64,000 nt of DNA, from positions 8,644 to 72,643 of the forward strand of contig JAMOVG010000392.1 in NCBI GenBank assembly GCA_027061725.1, in the 5' to 3' direction. The stretch's first letter is position 1; every line of letters begins with the position of its first letter. This DNA is from Desulfobacteraceae bacterium (GTDB lineage: Bacteria; Desulfobacterota; Desulfobacteria; Desulfobacterales; JALSRD01). Below are positions 30,056 to 41,085 of this stretch, in pieces. Position numbers and translations under genes: made by a program. The notes beneath the pieces were generated by a model that had not been told where the DNA came from, did not search any database, and saw nothing but the letters and a program-made list of their open reading frames with translations.

Positions 30056-30933
30056 TCAACAGTATGACCGGTTATGCCGCCGCCGCTTCAGAGGGGGAGA
30101 CGTTCTCCGTCTCGGTGGAGATTCGCTCCGTCAACAGCCGCCACCTGGATACGGTGCTGCGGCTGCCCCACGCTTGGCAGGCGCTGGAGGGCCGCATCAA
30201 AGCGGCTGTCAGCGACCGCTTGGTGCGCGGCCGCGTGGAAGTTCGCGTAGATATCCGGGACGTGTCCGAGGCGGCCGAGCGATTCGACGTGGACACGGGC
30301 CGAGCGCGGGCCTACGCCGAGGCCCTGGGCCGCCTGTGCGCGGCCGTCGGCGTACAGGACGCCGTCCCCCTGGAGCTGGTGGCGCGGCTGGACGGGGTGA
30401 TCCGGCCGGCCGAAGCGCCGGCAGATCCGGATGCCTGCTGGCATGAACTGCAGCCTTGCTTGCAGCAGGCGCTTAAAGACCTCGAGGACATGCGTGCCCG
30501 CGAGGGGCGGTTCCTGGCCGAGGATTTCGAGCGGCGGCTGGCCTTTCTGGAGGCGCGCGTCGAAAAGGTCGCCCGGGCCTCCCGCGACCTGCCCGACCTT
30601 TACCGCCGGCGCCTGGAGGCCCGCATTGGTGAACTGACCCAGGGCGTGATCGAGATCGACCCGGCGCGTATCGCCCAGGAAGCCGCCTTCCTGGCCGACC
30701 GCAGCGACATTTCCGAGGAGATCGTGCGCCTGCGCAGCCACATCGATCAGTTCCGGCACCTCATGGACGGCCCCGAGGCGGCCGGGCGGCGGCTCAATTT
30801 CCTGCTCCAGGAGATGAACCGCGAGTTGAACACCATCGGGTCCAAAACAGAAAAGGCCGCGGTGGCCCACATGGTGGTCGAGATGAAGGCCGAACTGGAA
30901 AAAATCAGGGAGCAGATACAGAACGTGGAGTGA
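30052..30933 (+). CDS. yicC: YicC family stress-induced protein
   Basis: MINSMTGYA start. C-terminal [12 protein letters not shown] ... [18 protein letters not shown] motif. ORF-track entry 29164 is an upstream extension. Confidence 0.9.
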   Translation: MINSMTGYAAAASEGETFSVSVEIRSVNSRHLDTVLRLPHAWQALEGRIKAAVSDRLVRGRVEVRVDIRDVSEAAERFDVDTGRARAYAEALGRLCAAVGVQDAVPLELVARLDGVIRPAEAPADPDACWHELQPCLQQALKDLEDMRAREGRFLAEDFERRLAFLEARVEKVARASRDLPDLYRRRLEARIGELTQGVIEIDPARIAQEAAFLADRSDISEEIVRLRSHIDQFRHLMDGPEAAGRRLNFLLQEMNRELNTIGSKTEKAAVAHMVVEMKAELEKIREQIQNVE

Positions 30934-30941
30934 GGACCGTT

Positions 30942-31226
30942 ATGGAACAGAAACTGCTCAACATCGGATTCGGCAACACGGTGGTGGCCGAACGCATCGT
31001 GTCCATCGTCTCCCCCCATTCTTCTCCCATCAAACGCCTCAAAGACGAGGCGCGCGACGAGAAGCGCCTGGTGGACGCTACTCAGGGGCGGCGCACGCGC
31101 TCGGTGATCGTGATGGACAGCAACCATGTGATTCTGTCGTCCATCCAGGTGGAGACCATTGCCCAGCGCTTCGAAATGCTCAAGAATGGAGACCGCGGAA
31201 ATGGTGCAGACAAGCGGCGCAGATAG
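30942..31226 (+). CDS. remA: DUF370 / RemA family regulator
   Basis: [28 protein letters not shown] ... [22 protein letters not shown] is nearly diagnostic. yicC-remA-gmk synteny. Confidence 0.9.
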   Translation: MEQKLLNIGFGNTVVAERIVSIVSPHSSPIKRLKDEARDEKRLVDATQGRRTRSVIVMDSNHVILSSIQVETIAQRFEMLKNGDRGNGADKRRR

Positions 31227-31818
31227 CGGCGGCGTCCGCTCCCCGGCAAGGGGCACGCTGTTTGTCATTTCGGCACCTTCGGGTGCCGGCAAAACAACGC
31301 TGGTGCAGGCCATGCGCACCCGTTTCCCGGAGCTGATCTACTCGGTTTCCCACACCACCCGTCCGCCACGGCCGGGGGAAGTCAACGGGGTGGATTATTT
31401 CTTTATCACGGCGGACGAATTCCGGGCCGGCATCGCCTCCGGCCTGTGGGCCGAGTGGGCCGAAGTGCACGGGAATTACTACGGCACCAGCGCGCGTTTT
31501 CTGGAAGAGGCCCTTTTGTCGGGAAAAGATGTGCTGCTGGACATCGATGTGCAGGGGGCCTGCCAGATCGTCGACAGGTTCCCCGGGGCGGTGACCATCT
31601 TTATCCTGCCGCCCTCGATGGAGGTGCTGCGCCGGCGCATTGAATCGCGGGGCACCGACAGCCCTGAGGTCATCGCTCTGCGCATGGAAAATGCGCGCCG
31701 CGAAATGCGGCAACAGGACTGCTACGATTACCGCATCGTCAACGACCGGTTGGAGGACGCCGTCGAGGCCCTGGCGGCGGTGATCGAAAAACACCGGCGA
31801 AAGAAGTTTGCAGTGTGA
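31201..31818 (+). CDS. gmk: guanylate kinase
   Basis: P-loop [11 protein letters not shown], plus [22 protein letters not shown]. The ATG at 31201 has GGAGA 8 nt upstream; upstream alternatives are a TTG at 31159 and an ATG at 31186. Confidence 0.95.
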   Translation: MVQTSGADSGGVRSPARGTLFVISAPSGAGKTTLVQAMRTRFPELIYSVSHTTRPPRPGEVNGVDYFFITADEFRAGIASGLWAEWAEVHGNYYGTSARFLEEALLSGKDVLLDIDVQGACQIVDRFPGAVTIFILPPSMEVLRRRIESRGTDSPEVIALRMENARREMRQQDCYDYRIVNDRLEDAVEALAAVIEKHRRKKFAV

Positions 31819-31922
31819 AGCGAGAAGTCAACGGGCCCGGAAAGCGTGGGGAACGGCCGGAAAAGACGCTGTGCGGGATGAACGCGATGGATGTTGGAAA
31901 TGGACAGGCGGGTGTCTGAACG

Positions 31923-32672
31923 GTGACCACTGACACCGAGATTCTCTACGGCTTTCACCCGGTGGCCGAGTGTCTGCGGGCCGGCCGCCGGCGGGTGCTG
32001 GAGATCGTTGTAGCGCGGCAGGCCCGCGGGCAGCGGATTGAAGCCCTGATGTCGCTGGCGGATGAATGCAACGTGCCGGTTCGCCGACGCGCCCGCGAAG
32101 AAATCCGGCACCTGGCCGTGAGCGAGGCGCACCAGGACATCTGCGCCCGGGTGGCGTCGTACCCGCTGGTGGATCTCGCCGTGTTGCTGGACAGCACCGC
32201 TGCGCCGCTGCTTCTGTTGCTGGACCAGGTGGTGGACGTGCAGAATTTTGGCAGCCTGGTGCGCACCGCGCTGTGCGCCGGGGTGAAGGGGGTTGTGATT
32301 CCCCGGCGGCGTGCGGCCCAGCCAGGCGCGGCGGCGTGCAAAGCTTCGGCCGGCGCCCTGGAGCATATGCCGGTGGCCCGGGTGGCCAACATGACCGCAG
32401 CTGTCAAGGACCTGAAAGCCGCCGGTTTCTGGATCGCAGGGCTCGACGGCCGGGCGGAACAGGCGGTTTTCGATGTCGACCTGACCGGTCCCCTGGCCAT
32501 GGTGATCGGTGGCGAGCACAGGGGCATTCGCCCTCTGGTTCGGCGTCACTGCGATCTGTTGGCGGCCATCCCCCAGCAGGGGCCGCTGGATTCGCTCAAC
32601 GCATCGGCCGCCGGGGCGGTCGCCCTCTTCGAGTCCGTCCGCCAGCGGAGGGCCGGAAACATCCCCGATTGA
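31923..32672 (+). CDS. rlmB: 23S rRNA (guanosine-2'-O)-methyltransferase, SpoU/RlmB family
   Basis: SpoU substrate-binding N-terminus (ILYGFHPVAECL) and SPOUT motifs (LVIGGEHRGIR, IP...GPLDSLNASAA). GTG start. Confidence 0.88.
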   Translation: MTTDTEILYGFHPVAECLRAGRRRVLEIVVARQARGQRIEALMSLADECNVPVRRRAREEIRHLAVSEAHQDICARVASYPLVDLAVLLDSTAAPLLLLLDQVVDVQNFGSLVRTALCAGVKGVVIPRRRAAQPGAAACKASAGALEHMPVARVANMTAAVKDLKAAGFWIAGLDGRAEQAVFDVDLTGPLAMVIGGEHRGIRPLVRRHCDLLAAIPQQGPLDSLNASAAGAVALFESVRQRRAGNIPD

Positions 32673-32825
32673 CGGCCGGACAGCAAAGCCGTCCGGTATT
32701 GATAATCAGAAAACGGATCGAAAAAACGTACGATTGTTTCGCCGGCCTGCTTGGCAATACCGATACAATGGCGTCGTTTTTTTTATTTGACACCTGAAAT
32801 TTTCTGAAAAAAGGAATCGAACACC

Positions 32826-34044
<1,219 letters not shown>

Positions 34045-34055
<11 letters not shown>

Positions 34056-34875
34056 CGCCGCCGGACGGGTGCTGGCACACGCGCTGGCGGACGCCTTGTT
34101 CCCCCCGCGCTGCGCAGCCTGCGGCGTTTTCCTGGGGCATCCGGGACGGCGCCCGCCCCGGGCGGCGGGGGACCGGTCCGACATGTACCGCGTTTTCGAC
34201 GCCTTGCTGGGCGGCATGCTGTGCCCCGACTGCCGCAAGGACTTTGAAGCGGTGACCTCGCCGCTGTGCCCCTGCTGCGGCGTCATGTTCCCCAGCCGTC
34301 GGGGCGCGGATCACCTCTGCGGGCGCTGCGCCGTTTCGGGCCACTGGTTCTCCGCCGCCAGGGCGGTGGGTGCCCACGAGGGATCGCTCAGGGAAATGAT
34401 CCATCACCTCAAGTACGGCGGCTGCGTGCAGCTGGCGCGCCCCCTGGGGCGGCTGCTGTACGCGCTTTTCCGGCGGGCCTGGACGCCGGAGGATGTGGAT
34501 CTGGTGATGCCCGTGCCCCTGCACGGCCGGCGCCAGCGTCGGCGCGGCTTCAACCAGGCCTGGCTGCTGGTGCGCCACTGGCCGGGCTTTGCAGAGGCCC
34601 CGGCCGCTGGGCATTCGGGCCCGCTTTTTGTCCGCAACGCATTGGTGCGCCGCCGCGCGACGCGCCCCCAGACCGGCTTGGGGCGAGAGACGCGTTTGTC
34701 CAATCTGAAGGGGGCTTTCGCACTGGCGCCGGGTGCATCGGTGGATGACCGGACGGTGCTGCTGATCGATGATGTCATGACCACCGGCACCACGGCCGAC
34801 GCGTGCGCGCGGGTGCTGCGGGCCGCCGGCGCCCGGCGCGTGGACGTGTTGACCTTGGCGAGAGCCATGGGGTGA
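34045..34875 (+). CDS. comF: ComF family protein (phosphoribosyltransferase domain)
   Basis: N-terminal Cys pairs (CAACG ... CPDC ... CPCCG ... CGRC) and a C-terminal PRTase motif ([13 protein letters not shown]). The ATG at 34045 overlaps the icd end. Confidence 0.85.
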
Positions 34876-34880
34876 CCGGT

Positions 34881-35648
34881 ATGGTGCTCGCGGGGGTGGA
34901 AAAGAACGGGCTCGTCGCTTGGCAGTTTGCGAAGCTGGCCGCTTTCGAAGGGCTGTGCCACGGCGTGTTCGGCCGCCGCGGCGGAGTCAGCACAGGCCCC
35001 TTTGCCAGTCTGAATGTCGCTTTTAGCTGCGGCGACGTGCCGGAGAACGTGGTGCGCAACCGCACCCGCGTCGCCCGCTGGACCGGCCTGCAGAAGGCGG
35101 TTTACCTCAACCAGGTGCACGGCGACACGGTGCAGGTCCTTACCCGGGAGACGGTCGCAGGCGGGCTGACGACGGTTAAGGCCGATGCCGTGGTGACCGA
35201 TGCCCGGCAGCAGCTGCTGGTGATCCAGGTGGCCGACTGCCAGGCGGTGATGCTGTTCGACCCCGTGCGGCGAGTGATCGCCAACGTGCACAGCGGCTGG
35301 CGCGGCAGTGTGCGCAACATCTTGGGAAAGACCGTGGACATCATGGTGCGGCGCTTCGGCTGCCGTGCCGACGACCTGCGGGCCGCCATCGGCCCCTCGC
35401 TGGGACCCTGCTGCGCCGAGTTCGTCCACTACCGGCGCGAGTTGCCGCGGCCTTTCTGGCCCTACCAGGACCACCGCCACCGCTTCGATTTCTGGGCCAT
35501 CAGCTGCGATCAGCTGACGGCCGCCGGGTTGCGGCCCGATTTCATCGTCCACAGCGGCATCTGCACACGGTGCCGCAGCGAAGAATTCTACTCTTACCGG
35601 GCCAGCCACCGTACGGGGCGATTCGCGGTGGTGATTGGTTTGAAATAG
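34881..35648 (+). CDS. pgeF: peptidoglycan editing factor PgeF (YfiH/DUF152, laccase-domain protein)
   Basis: HG..V ... QVHG ... DA..T ... ADC.. ... HSGWRG ... IGPSLGPCC ... CT.C motif series. Confidence 0.88.
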   Translation: MVLAGVEKNGLVAWQFAKLAAFEGLCHGVFGRRGGVSTGPFASLNVAFSCGDVPENVVRNRTRVARWTGLQKAVYLNQVHGDTVQVLTRETVAGGLTTVKADAVVTDARQQLLVIQVADCQAVMLFDPVRRVIANVHSGWRGSVRNILGKTVDIMVRRFGCRADDLRAAIGPSLGPCCAEFVHYRRELPRPFWPYQDHRHRFDFWAISCDQLTAAGLRPDFIVHSGICTRCRSEEFYSYRASHRTGRFAVVIGLK

Positions 35649-35891
35649 CGATACGGTGGTTTTCCGCAGGCCGCTCTCACGGGTATAGAGACGAAGAGGC
35701 TTGCGGAAGCGCTGCGTCGGGACTTTTTATGAAATCATCAAAAGTTGAAAGCGCTCCGCAAAATGAGATCAGGGGGATTTGCAGGCGGTTTGGCAGGTTT
35801 TGAACTTTGTGCCTGTCCATCCGGACCGTCGCCGGGCGTCGAAGCCGTGCCCGTCTTCGATGAGAACCTCACCGGGACGGGGGGCTGACCG

Positions 35892-36692
35892 ATGCGCGCC
35901 TGTCGGCAGGAGGCAGAGATTCTTTGGAACCGGGAGATTGCCCCCGGACGCTACCGCCTGGGGCTTGAAGCGCCGGCCATTGCCGCCGGGGCCAATCCGG
36001 GGTGCTTCGTTATGGTGCGTGCCTCCGGCACCGGCGCCCCGCTGCTGCGGCGCCCGTTCTCGGTGTACGGCCTGATCGAGGAACGCTCCGGGGCCATCGG
36101 GATCGAAATCCTCTACCGTGTGGTGGGGCCGGGCACCGCCCGGATGGCGGCGTGCGCCGGCGGCGACCGCCTGGATGTGGTGGGGCCGCTGGGGCGCGGC
36201 TTCCGGCTGGCCGAACCGTCGGAGCGAGTCGTCATCGCGGGCGGCGGAATCGGTGTGGCGCCCCTGGTCTTCCTGGCCCGCCGACTGGTCCGGAAACGGG
36301 GTGGCGCCGAGGGAGTGGTCGCCGTTGTCGGGGCAGGCTGCGAGAACGAGGTGCTCGGCGTGGACGAATTCCGTGCGCTGGGCATCGAACCGGTGGTCAC
36401 CACCGACGACGGCAGTTGCGGGCTGCAGTGCCGGGTAACCGATCCGCTGGGCGGTTATATCGAACGACAGTGTCCGGATATGGTGTACGCCTGCGGGCCG
36501 ACGGCCATGCTGCGGTGCGTGGCGCAGCTGGCGTCGAAGCACCGCATCGCCTGCCAGGTGAGCGTGGAAACCATGATGGCCTGCGGCATGGGTGCCTGCC
36601 TGGGGTGCGCCGTGGAAAGTACGGAGCCCGGCGTGTACCTGCACGCCTGCACCGACGGGCCGGTGTTTGACGCCGGCCGTCTGCGCCTGTAG
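35892..36692 (+). CDS. PyrK-family FAD/[2Fe-2S] electron-transfer subunit (dihydroorotate dehydrogenase B type)
   Basis: FAD-binding RRPFS motif, NAD-binding GGGIGVAP, and C-terminal cluster Cys motif CGMGACLGCAV. No pyrD is adjacent. Confidence 0.8.
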   Translation: MRACRQEAEILWNREIAPGRYRLGLEAPAIAAGANPGCFVMVRASGTGAPLLRRPFSVYGLIEERSGAIGIEILYRVVGPGTARMAACAGGDRLDVVGPLGRGFRLAEPSERVVIAGGGIGVAPLVFLARRLVRKRGGAEGVVAVVGAGCENEVLGVDEFRALGIEPVVTTDDGSCGLQCRVTDPLGGYIERQCPDMVYACGPTAMLRCVAQLASKHRIACQVSVETMMACGMGACLGCAVESTEPGVYLHACTDGPVFDAGRLRL

Positions 36693-36909
36693 CGAGACCT
36701 GCCCCTCGAACCCTGGGGCACGCGATCCGCGAAGGACCCCGGCTTCAACATGCCAGGCGTTGTTTGCGACAGCCCTCAGGGCCCTTCTTTTGGGATTGAC
36801 TTTGAAGGGGGGGTGTGATAGGAATTGATCCCTTAAAACTACAAGCCCCGGTGTTGCGGGGTGCCGTCGGTGGCGTTCTCGATGCAAGCGGGCAGATGAG
36901 GTTTGGGCA

Positions 36910-37134
36910 TTGCGAAGGTCCCGGGAAACCAGACGCACCCTGCGAGAGCTCGCCTATTACAGTAGCCTGGGGCTGTCGGTGGCGTTGGCCATCTTTATCG
37001 GCGTGGGGATCGGCGTATACCTGGACAGGCGCTTTGGGACCTCGCCGTGGCTGATGTTCGCCGGACTCGTACTGGGAATTGCGGCCGGATACCGAAATAT
37101 AGGACTTGCCATAAAGAAAGCCAGAAAATTTTGA
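36910..37134 (+). CDS. atpZ: AtpZ/AtpI-family small membrane protein preceding the F0 genes
   Basis: Two TM helices with the typical GIGVYLDRRFGTSPW motif. TTG start; no ATG is available in frame. Confidence 0.7.
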   Translation: MRRSRETRRTLRELAYYSSLGLSVALAIFIGVGIGVYLDRRFGTSPWLMFAGLVLGIAAGYRNIGLAIKKARKF

Positions 37135-37189
37135 GCCTGTTTACAGCGTAACGTTCAGAACCGACCCTTAAAATCGGGCAGAAGTAAAC

Positions 37190-37576
37190 GTGAAAATCCA
37201 ACAGCGCCTACTGGCCTTCGTGATTCGCACCAACTGGATTTTGTTTCTATCCCTGAGTCTGCTCGCGGTATGGCTCAGTTCGCCTGCCTTCACCCGCGGT
37301 GTCGTCTGCGGCGGACTGCTGGTTCTCGTCAACTTTCACCTCCTGGCCCGCACCCTTAAGCGCGCCCTTACCCCGCCCCACCTGGCTTCCACCGGTTCTG
37401 TGCTTGCCAAGTATTATATCCGCTTTGTTATCAGCGGTGTTATTATTTTTTTCCTGATATCGACCCATTTCGTCAACCCCCTCGGACTGCTGGTTGGACT
37501 TTCGGTGGTCGTCGGCAGCATCATGCTGGCAACCCTGTGTGAACTGACAAAACTCATCATCAAGGAGGCGGCATAA
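37190..37576 (+). CDS. atpI: ATP synthase protein I
   Basis: Four-helix hydrophobic 128-aa protein directly upstream of atpB. GTG start. Confidence 0.7.
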   Translation: MKIQQRLLAFVIRTNWILFLSLSLLAVWLSSPAFTRGVVCGGLLVLVNFHLLARTLKRALTPPHLASTGSVLAKYYIRFVISGVIIFFLISTHFVNPLGLLVGLSVVVGSIMLATLCELTKLIIKEAA

Positions 37577-37578
37577 GG

Positions 37579-38268
37579 ATGGAACATCCCTACCTTTTTT
37601 TCGTCAAGTTGTTTGAGCTGATCGGGCTGGGGCATTTCGCCCACGCCTATCCCCATGTCATTTACACGTGGGTTGCGATGATCATCCTCATCGTGCTGGG
37701 CGGCCTGGCGGCACGCAGCGTGACCCTGATTCCCGGCAAGGGGCAGAACGTTTTTGAAATGATCATCTCCGGGCTTGAGGAGTTCATGGTCGACGTGACC
37801 GGCGAGGAGGGGCGCTGGCTGTTTCCGCTGGCGGGCACTATTTTCATCTATATCCTGACGTGCAACCTGCTGGGGCTGATCCCGGGATTCATGCCGCCCA
37901 CGGCCAACCTGAACACCACCCTGTCCTGCGCGCTGGTGGCGGTTATTTTTACCCACATCATCGGCATCAAATACCATGGTGCCAAGTACATTAAGCACTT
38001 CCTGGGGCCGGTGTGGTGGATGGTGCCCATCATTTTCCCCATTGAAATCATCGGACACCTGGCCCGGATTCTGTCGCTGTCCTTCCGGCTTTTCGGCAAC
38101 ATGATGGGCCATGAGCTGGTGCTGGCCATCCTGTTTTTCCTGGCAGGCGCCTTTTTCGCCCCGCTGCCCATCATGGCGCTGGGCATTTTCGTGGCTCTGG
38201 TCCAGGCGCTGGTGTTTTTTCTGCTTTCGGTCATGTACTTTACCGGTGCCATGGAGCACGCTCACTGA
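37579..38268 (+). CDS. atpB: F0F1 ATP synthase subunit a
   Basis: Conserved helix with the essential Arg (LSLSFRLFGNMMGHE) and typical length. Confidence 0.95.
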   Translation: MEHPYLFFVKLFELIGLGHFAHAYPHVIYTWVAMIILIVLGGLAARSVTLIPGKGQNVFEMIISGLEEFMVDVTGEEGRWLFPLAGTIFIYILTCNLLGLIPGFMPPTANLNTTLSCALVAVIFTHIIGIKYHGAKYIKHFLGPVWWMVPIIFPIEIIGHLARILSLSFRLFGNMMGHELVLAILFFLAGAFFAPLPIMALGIFVALVQALVFFLLSVMYFTGAMEHAH

Positions 38269-38361
38269 TAGCCGGGCGCCGCTGAGTCTGTTTTTCGAGC
38301 GATGTTAATGGGAGATGGAAGAAGCCCTTTTTAATTCTCAACAAAGGAGGTAGAGGCTGGT

Positions 38362-38637
38362 ATGGAAGGATTACAGTTTTTCATCGCGTGTGTCACGGCT
38401 GCAGGTTTTGGAATCGCCATCGCCGCCTTCGGGTGTGGCCTTGGACAGGGGATGGGGGTCAAGTCCGCTGTGGAGGGCATTGCCAGAAACCCGGAATCTT
38501 CCGGTAAGGTGACCGTTACACTGCTCATCGGTCTGGCAATGATCGAGTCGCTCTGTATTTACGCATTGGTTATTTCACTCATCCTGATCTATGCCCACCC
38601 GCAGGCCGAAGCCATCGCCAAGCTTCTCGGCGGATGA
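38362..38637 (+). CDS. atpE: F0F1 ATP synthase subunit c
   Basis: Hairpin proteolipid: GLGQG in helix 1, ARNPE loop, carboxylate in helix 2 (AMIESLCIYALV). AAAGGAGG RBS upstream. Confidence 0.95.
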   Translation: MEGLQFFIACVTAAGFGIAIAAFGCGLGQGMGVKSAVEGIARNPESSGKVTVTLLIGLAMIESLCIYALVISLILIYAHPQAEAIAKLLGG

Positions 38638-38667
38638 TCCGTCTGCACTGACGACAAACCTCACCAC

Positions 38668-38700
38668 GGGCGCATGCCGATCGGGCGTGCGCCTTTTTTC
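38668..38700 (+). terminator. rho-independent terminator after atpE
   Basis: GC-rich stem GGCGCATGCC / GGGCGTGCGCC (38669-38693) followed by TTTTTT (38694-38699). Confidence 0.75.
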
Positions 38701-38718
38701 CTTCCGCGCCGGGTGCGC

Positions 38719-40107
38719 TCAGCGGTTTTTTCGCCAGCGGTGGTGGGTGATACCGAATTTCTTGATCTTGTAGATCAGCGCGCGCGGACTGATGCCCAGG
38801 AGTTTGGCGGCGTCTTTCTGGATCCACAGGCTCTTTTCAAGCGCCTCCAGGATCATCTCCTTTTCGGCATCCTTGAGGGATTTGGGGGCCCCGGCGGGTT
38901 CGGGGGTAGAGGGGCTTTCCGGCCTGCTCGGCTGCCGGTGCAGCATGGGTTCCAGCATGGCCACGTGCTCCTCCTGGATGACGGGTTCGTCGGTCAGGAT
39001 AACGGCGCGTTCAATGGTGTTGGACAGCTGGCGAATATTACCCGGCCAGTCGTAGGATTTGAACCACTCCACAATGGCGGGCGAAAATCCGTCCACCCGC
39101 TTTTTGAGGTTGCGCGATACCTTCTGCAGGATGGCGTGGGCCAGCGGCTCGATGCACTGGCGCCGTTCCCGCAGCGGCGGCAGGTTCACCGACAGGACGT
39201 TGATGCGGTAGTAGAGATCCTCCCGGAACTGGCCCGTTTCGGTCAGTTTCTCCAGGTTGCGGTTGGTGGCGGCGATCACCCGGGCATCGGTGTGGATGGT
39301 GCTGTTGCCGCCCACGCGCTCGAAGCATTTTTCCTCCAGGAAACGCAGCATCTTGGCCTGCAAAGCGAGGCTCATTTCACCGATTTCATCCAGGAAAAGC
39401 GTTCCGCCGTCGGCCTGTTCGAAGCGCCCGATGCGCTGTTTGGTGGCCCCGGTGAAGGAACCCTTTTCATGGCCAAACAGCTCGCTTTCCAGTAGCGTTT
39501 CGGGAATGTTGGCGCAGTTGACCTTGATGAACGGTTTGCGGCGGCGGTGGCTGTTGAAATGGATCGTCCCCGACAGGAAACTCTTGCCGGTGCCGGTTTC
39601 GCCGGTGACCAGCAGTGTTGCGTCCGTCCGGGCGAATTTCTTGAGCGCCTTGATGACACGTTTCATCGAGGCGCTGACGGCGATGATCTGGCTGAAATCG
39701 TAGACGATGTCCTGCTGTCGCCGCAGGTAGTCGATTTCGTTCTTGAGACTGCGTTCGTTGAGGGCCTGCCGGACGGCCAGGCGCACCCGTTCGTCTCGGA
39801 ACGGTTTGCTGAGGAAATCGGAGGCGCCGCGTTTGATGGCGTTGACCACGTTTTCGGCGTCGTCCACCCGACCCGTCATGATAACCACGGTTCCCGAGGC
39901 GTGGTTTTTGACCCACTTCAGCAGATCCAGACTGCCGCCGTTGCTCACCCCCCAGTCCAGCAGCAGGACGTTGTACTGGATCTTCTTGAGATGTTCGAAA
40001 ACATCGTCCCCGGGAGGATGGGCCTCGATTTCGTAGGATCCGGCCAGGGCTCGCGTCAGCTGTTGGCGCGCTTTTTTGCTGCGGTCTATGATGAGAATAC
40101 GGTGCAT
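38719..40107 (-). CDS. sigma-54-dependent response regulator (NtrC family)
   Basis: Receiver domain (VLLLDWG Asp), AAA+ domain (GETGTGKS, GSFTGA loop, TLFLDEIGE), and C-terminal Fis-type HTH (AAKLLGISPRALIYKIKKFG). No histidine kinase is adjacent. Confidence 0.93.
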   Translation of the reverse strand: MHRILIIDRSKKARQQLTRALAGSYEIEAHPPGDDVFEHLKKIQYNVLLLDWGVSNGGSLDLLKWVKNHASGTVVIMTGRVDDAENVVNAIKRGASDFLSKPFRDERVRLAVRQALNERSLKNEIDYLRRQQDIVYDFSQIIAVSASMKRVIKALKKFARTDATLLVTGETGTGKSFLSGTIHFNSHRRRKPFIKVNCANIPETLLESELFGHEKGSFTGATKQRIGRFEQADGGTLFLDEIGEMSLALQAKMLRFLEEKCFERVGGNSTIHTDARVIAATNRNLEKLTETGQFREDLYYRINVLSVNLPPLRERRQCIEPLAHAILQKVSRNLKKRVDGFSPAIVEWFKSYDWPGNIRQLSNTIERAVILTDEPVIQEEHVAMLEPMLHRQPSRPESPSTPEPAGAPKSLKDAEKEMILEALEKSLWIQKDAAKLLGISPRALIYKIKKFGITHHRWRKNR

Positions 40108-40391
40108 CGGGCAGTCAGGTGTTCACTTTTCAATGGTTGTAAATCGGTTCGATCGCGGCTGCCGGGCGCCATCCGCCCGTGTGCAGCATCGGCCTTGCAT
40201 CTTGCGCACCTTTGCGGTATCTGACGTAGGGGCGGATTGAGGGACTGCCCGGGGCCGGATCGGGTAAAGTGCCTGCCAGAATTCCGTACAGAAAAGGGGC
40301 CGACCACAGGCTGCCCGGTTACGTTTCCCGACACCCGCCCGGCAACGGTTGGCGTGTAGTATGTTCCGGAGACAGGAGAAAAAGGAATCGA

Positions 40392-40700
40392 CTAGTCGAA
40401 TTGTCCCAGCGGTCGCTTGAACGTGAATTTGGCCGGTTTCGTAACCAGTGTGTCCCAAGCCTCGTCCACGTTGCCACCCGAAGCGGTGAAGGGGATGGAC
40501 ACGATAAAAGCCGCGGCCCCCAGAATCATGGAGGCGATGCCCAGCGGCCTGATCAGTACGACATCGGCGATCATGGCGCCGGCTTCGGGCTGAGTGTCGT
40601 CCAGAAGCTGTTGGCCCTGCGCCAGCGCTACCCCCACCGGCAGCAGCACCAGCGAGGCCACGGTCAGAAAGACGATGGTGCGTTTTCCCAGTTTGGTCAT
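40392..40700 (-). CDS. small exported/membrane protein, unknown function
   Basis: Signal peptide (VLLPVGVALAQG) plus a second hydrophobic helix (IASMILGAAAFIVSIPF). GGAG RBS 8 nt upstream of the ATG. Confidence 0.55.
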   Translation of the reverse strand: MTKLGKRTIVFLTVASLVLLPVGVALAQGQQLLDDTQPEAGAMIADVVLIRPLGIASMILGAAAFIVSIPFTASGGNVDEAWDTLVTKPAKFTFKRPLGQFD

Positions 40701-41085
40701 CTGAATCTCCTTTACAGTCGGGGGGTTATTTTGAATCCTCGATGATCAGACTAAATAATGCCCGAAAGGCTGTCAAGCAAAAAGACGAATTGTCGGTGAC
40801 TTAGCTGCTTTTCAGGGGCCTTCGCCCGCCTCCCCGTCAGCCTGCCGGGGGCTTTTCGGAGCGGGCTTCGAAAAGTCGAGCAGGCTTCAGGATGCTGTCT
40901 CCTATTATCGGACACAATCGCCATTTCTACAACCCGAGTTGAACGATTTTCGCGTTTGCCGCGGAACCTGGGAGAATGTCGTTGGGCCATCGTCCGCCAT
41001 GCCCAGCGGCATGTAGCGTCCCTCCCGGCGCGGGATGAAATCTGATTGGATCTAATGCATGCTATTTACAGGGAGGAGATCTGTT

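Noticed and set aside
32672-32700. Hairpin after rlmB (ACGGC ... GCCGT / CCGGAC ... GTCCGG) as a terminator.
   Set aside because: There is no U-tract after the stem (it is followed by TATTGATAATC). Cannot be supported as an intrinsic terminator.
36796-36824. Possible atp operon promoter, TTGACT-17-TAGGAA.
   Set aside because: The -10 hexamer is poor (TAGGAA) and there is no supporting evidence, so it is not reported as a feature.
40262-40280. Sigma-54 promoter-like sequence on the minus strand (CTGGCAGGCACTTTACC) between the small exported protein gene and the sigma-54 regulator gene.
   Set aside because: The -12 element reads TTAC rather than TTGC; the conserved GC is missing. Too weak to call by eye.
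40751-40990. 79-aa ORF (minus strand) in the spacer between the small exported protein gene and the dsbA-like gene.
   Set aside because: The translation is Arg-rich and low-complexity, there is no RBS, and it overlaps the structured GC hairpin. Likely non-coding.
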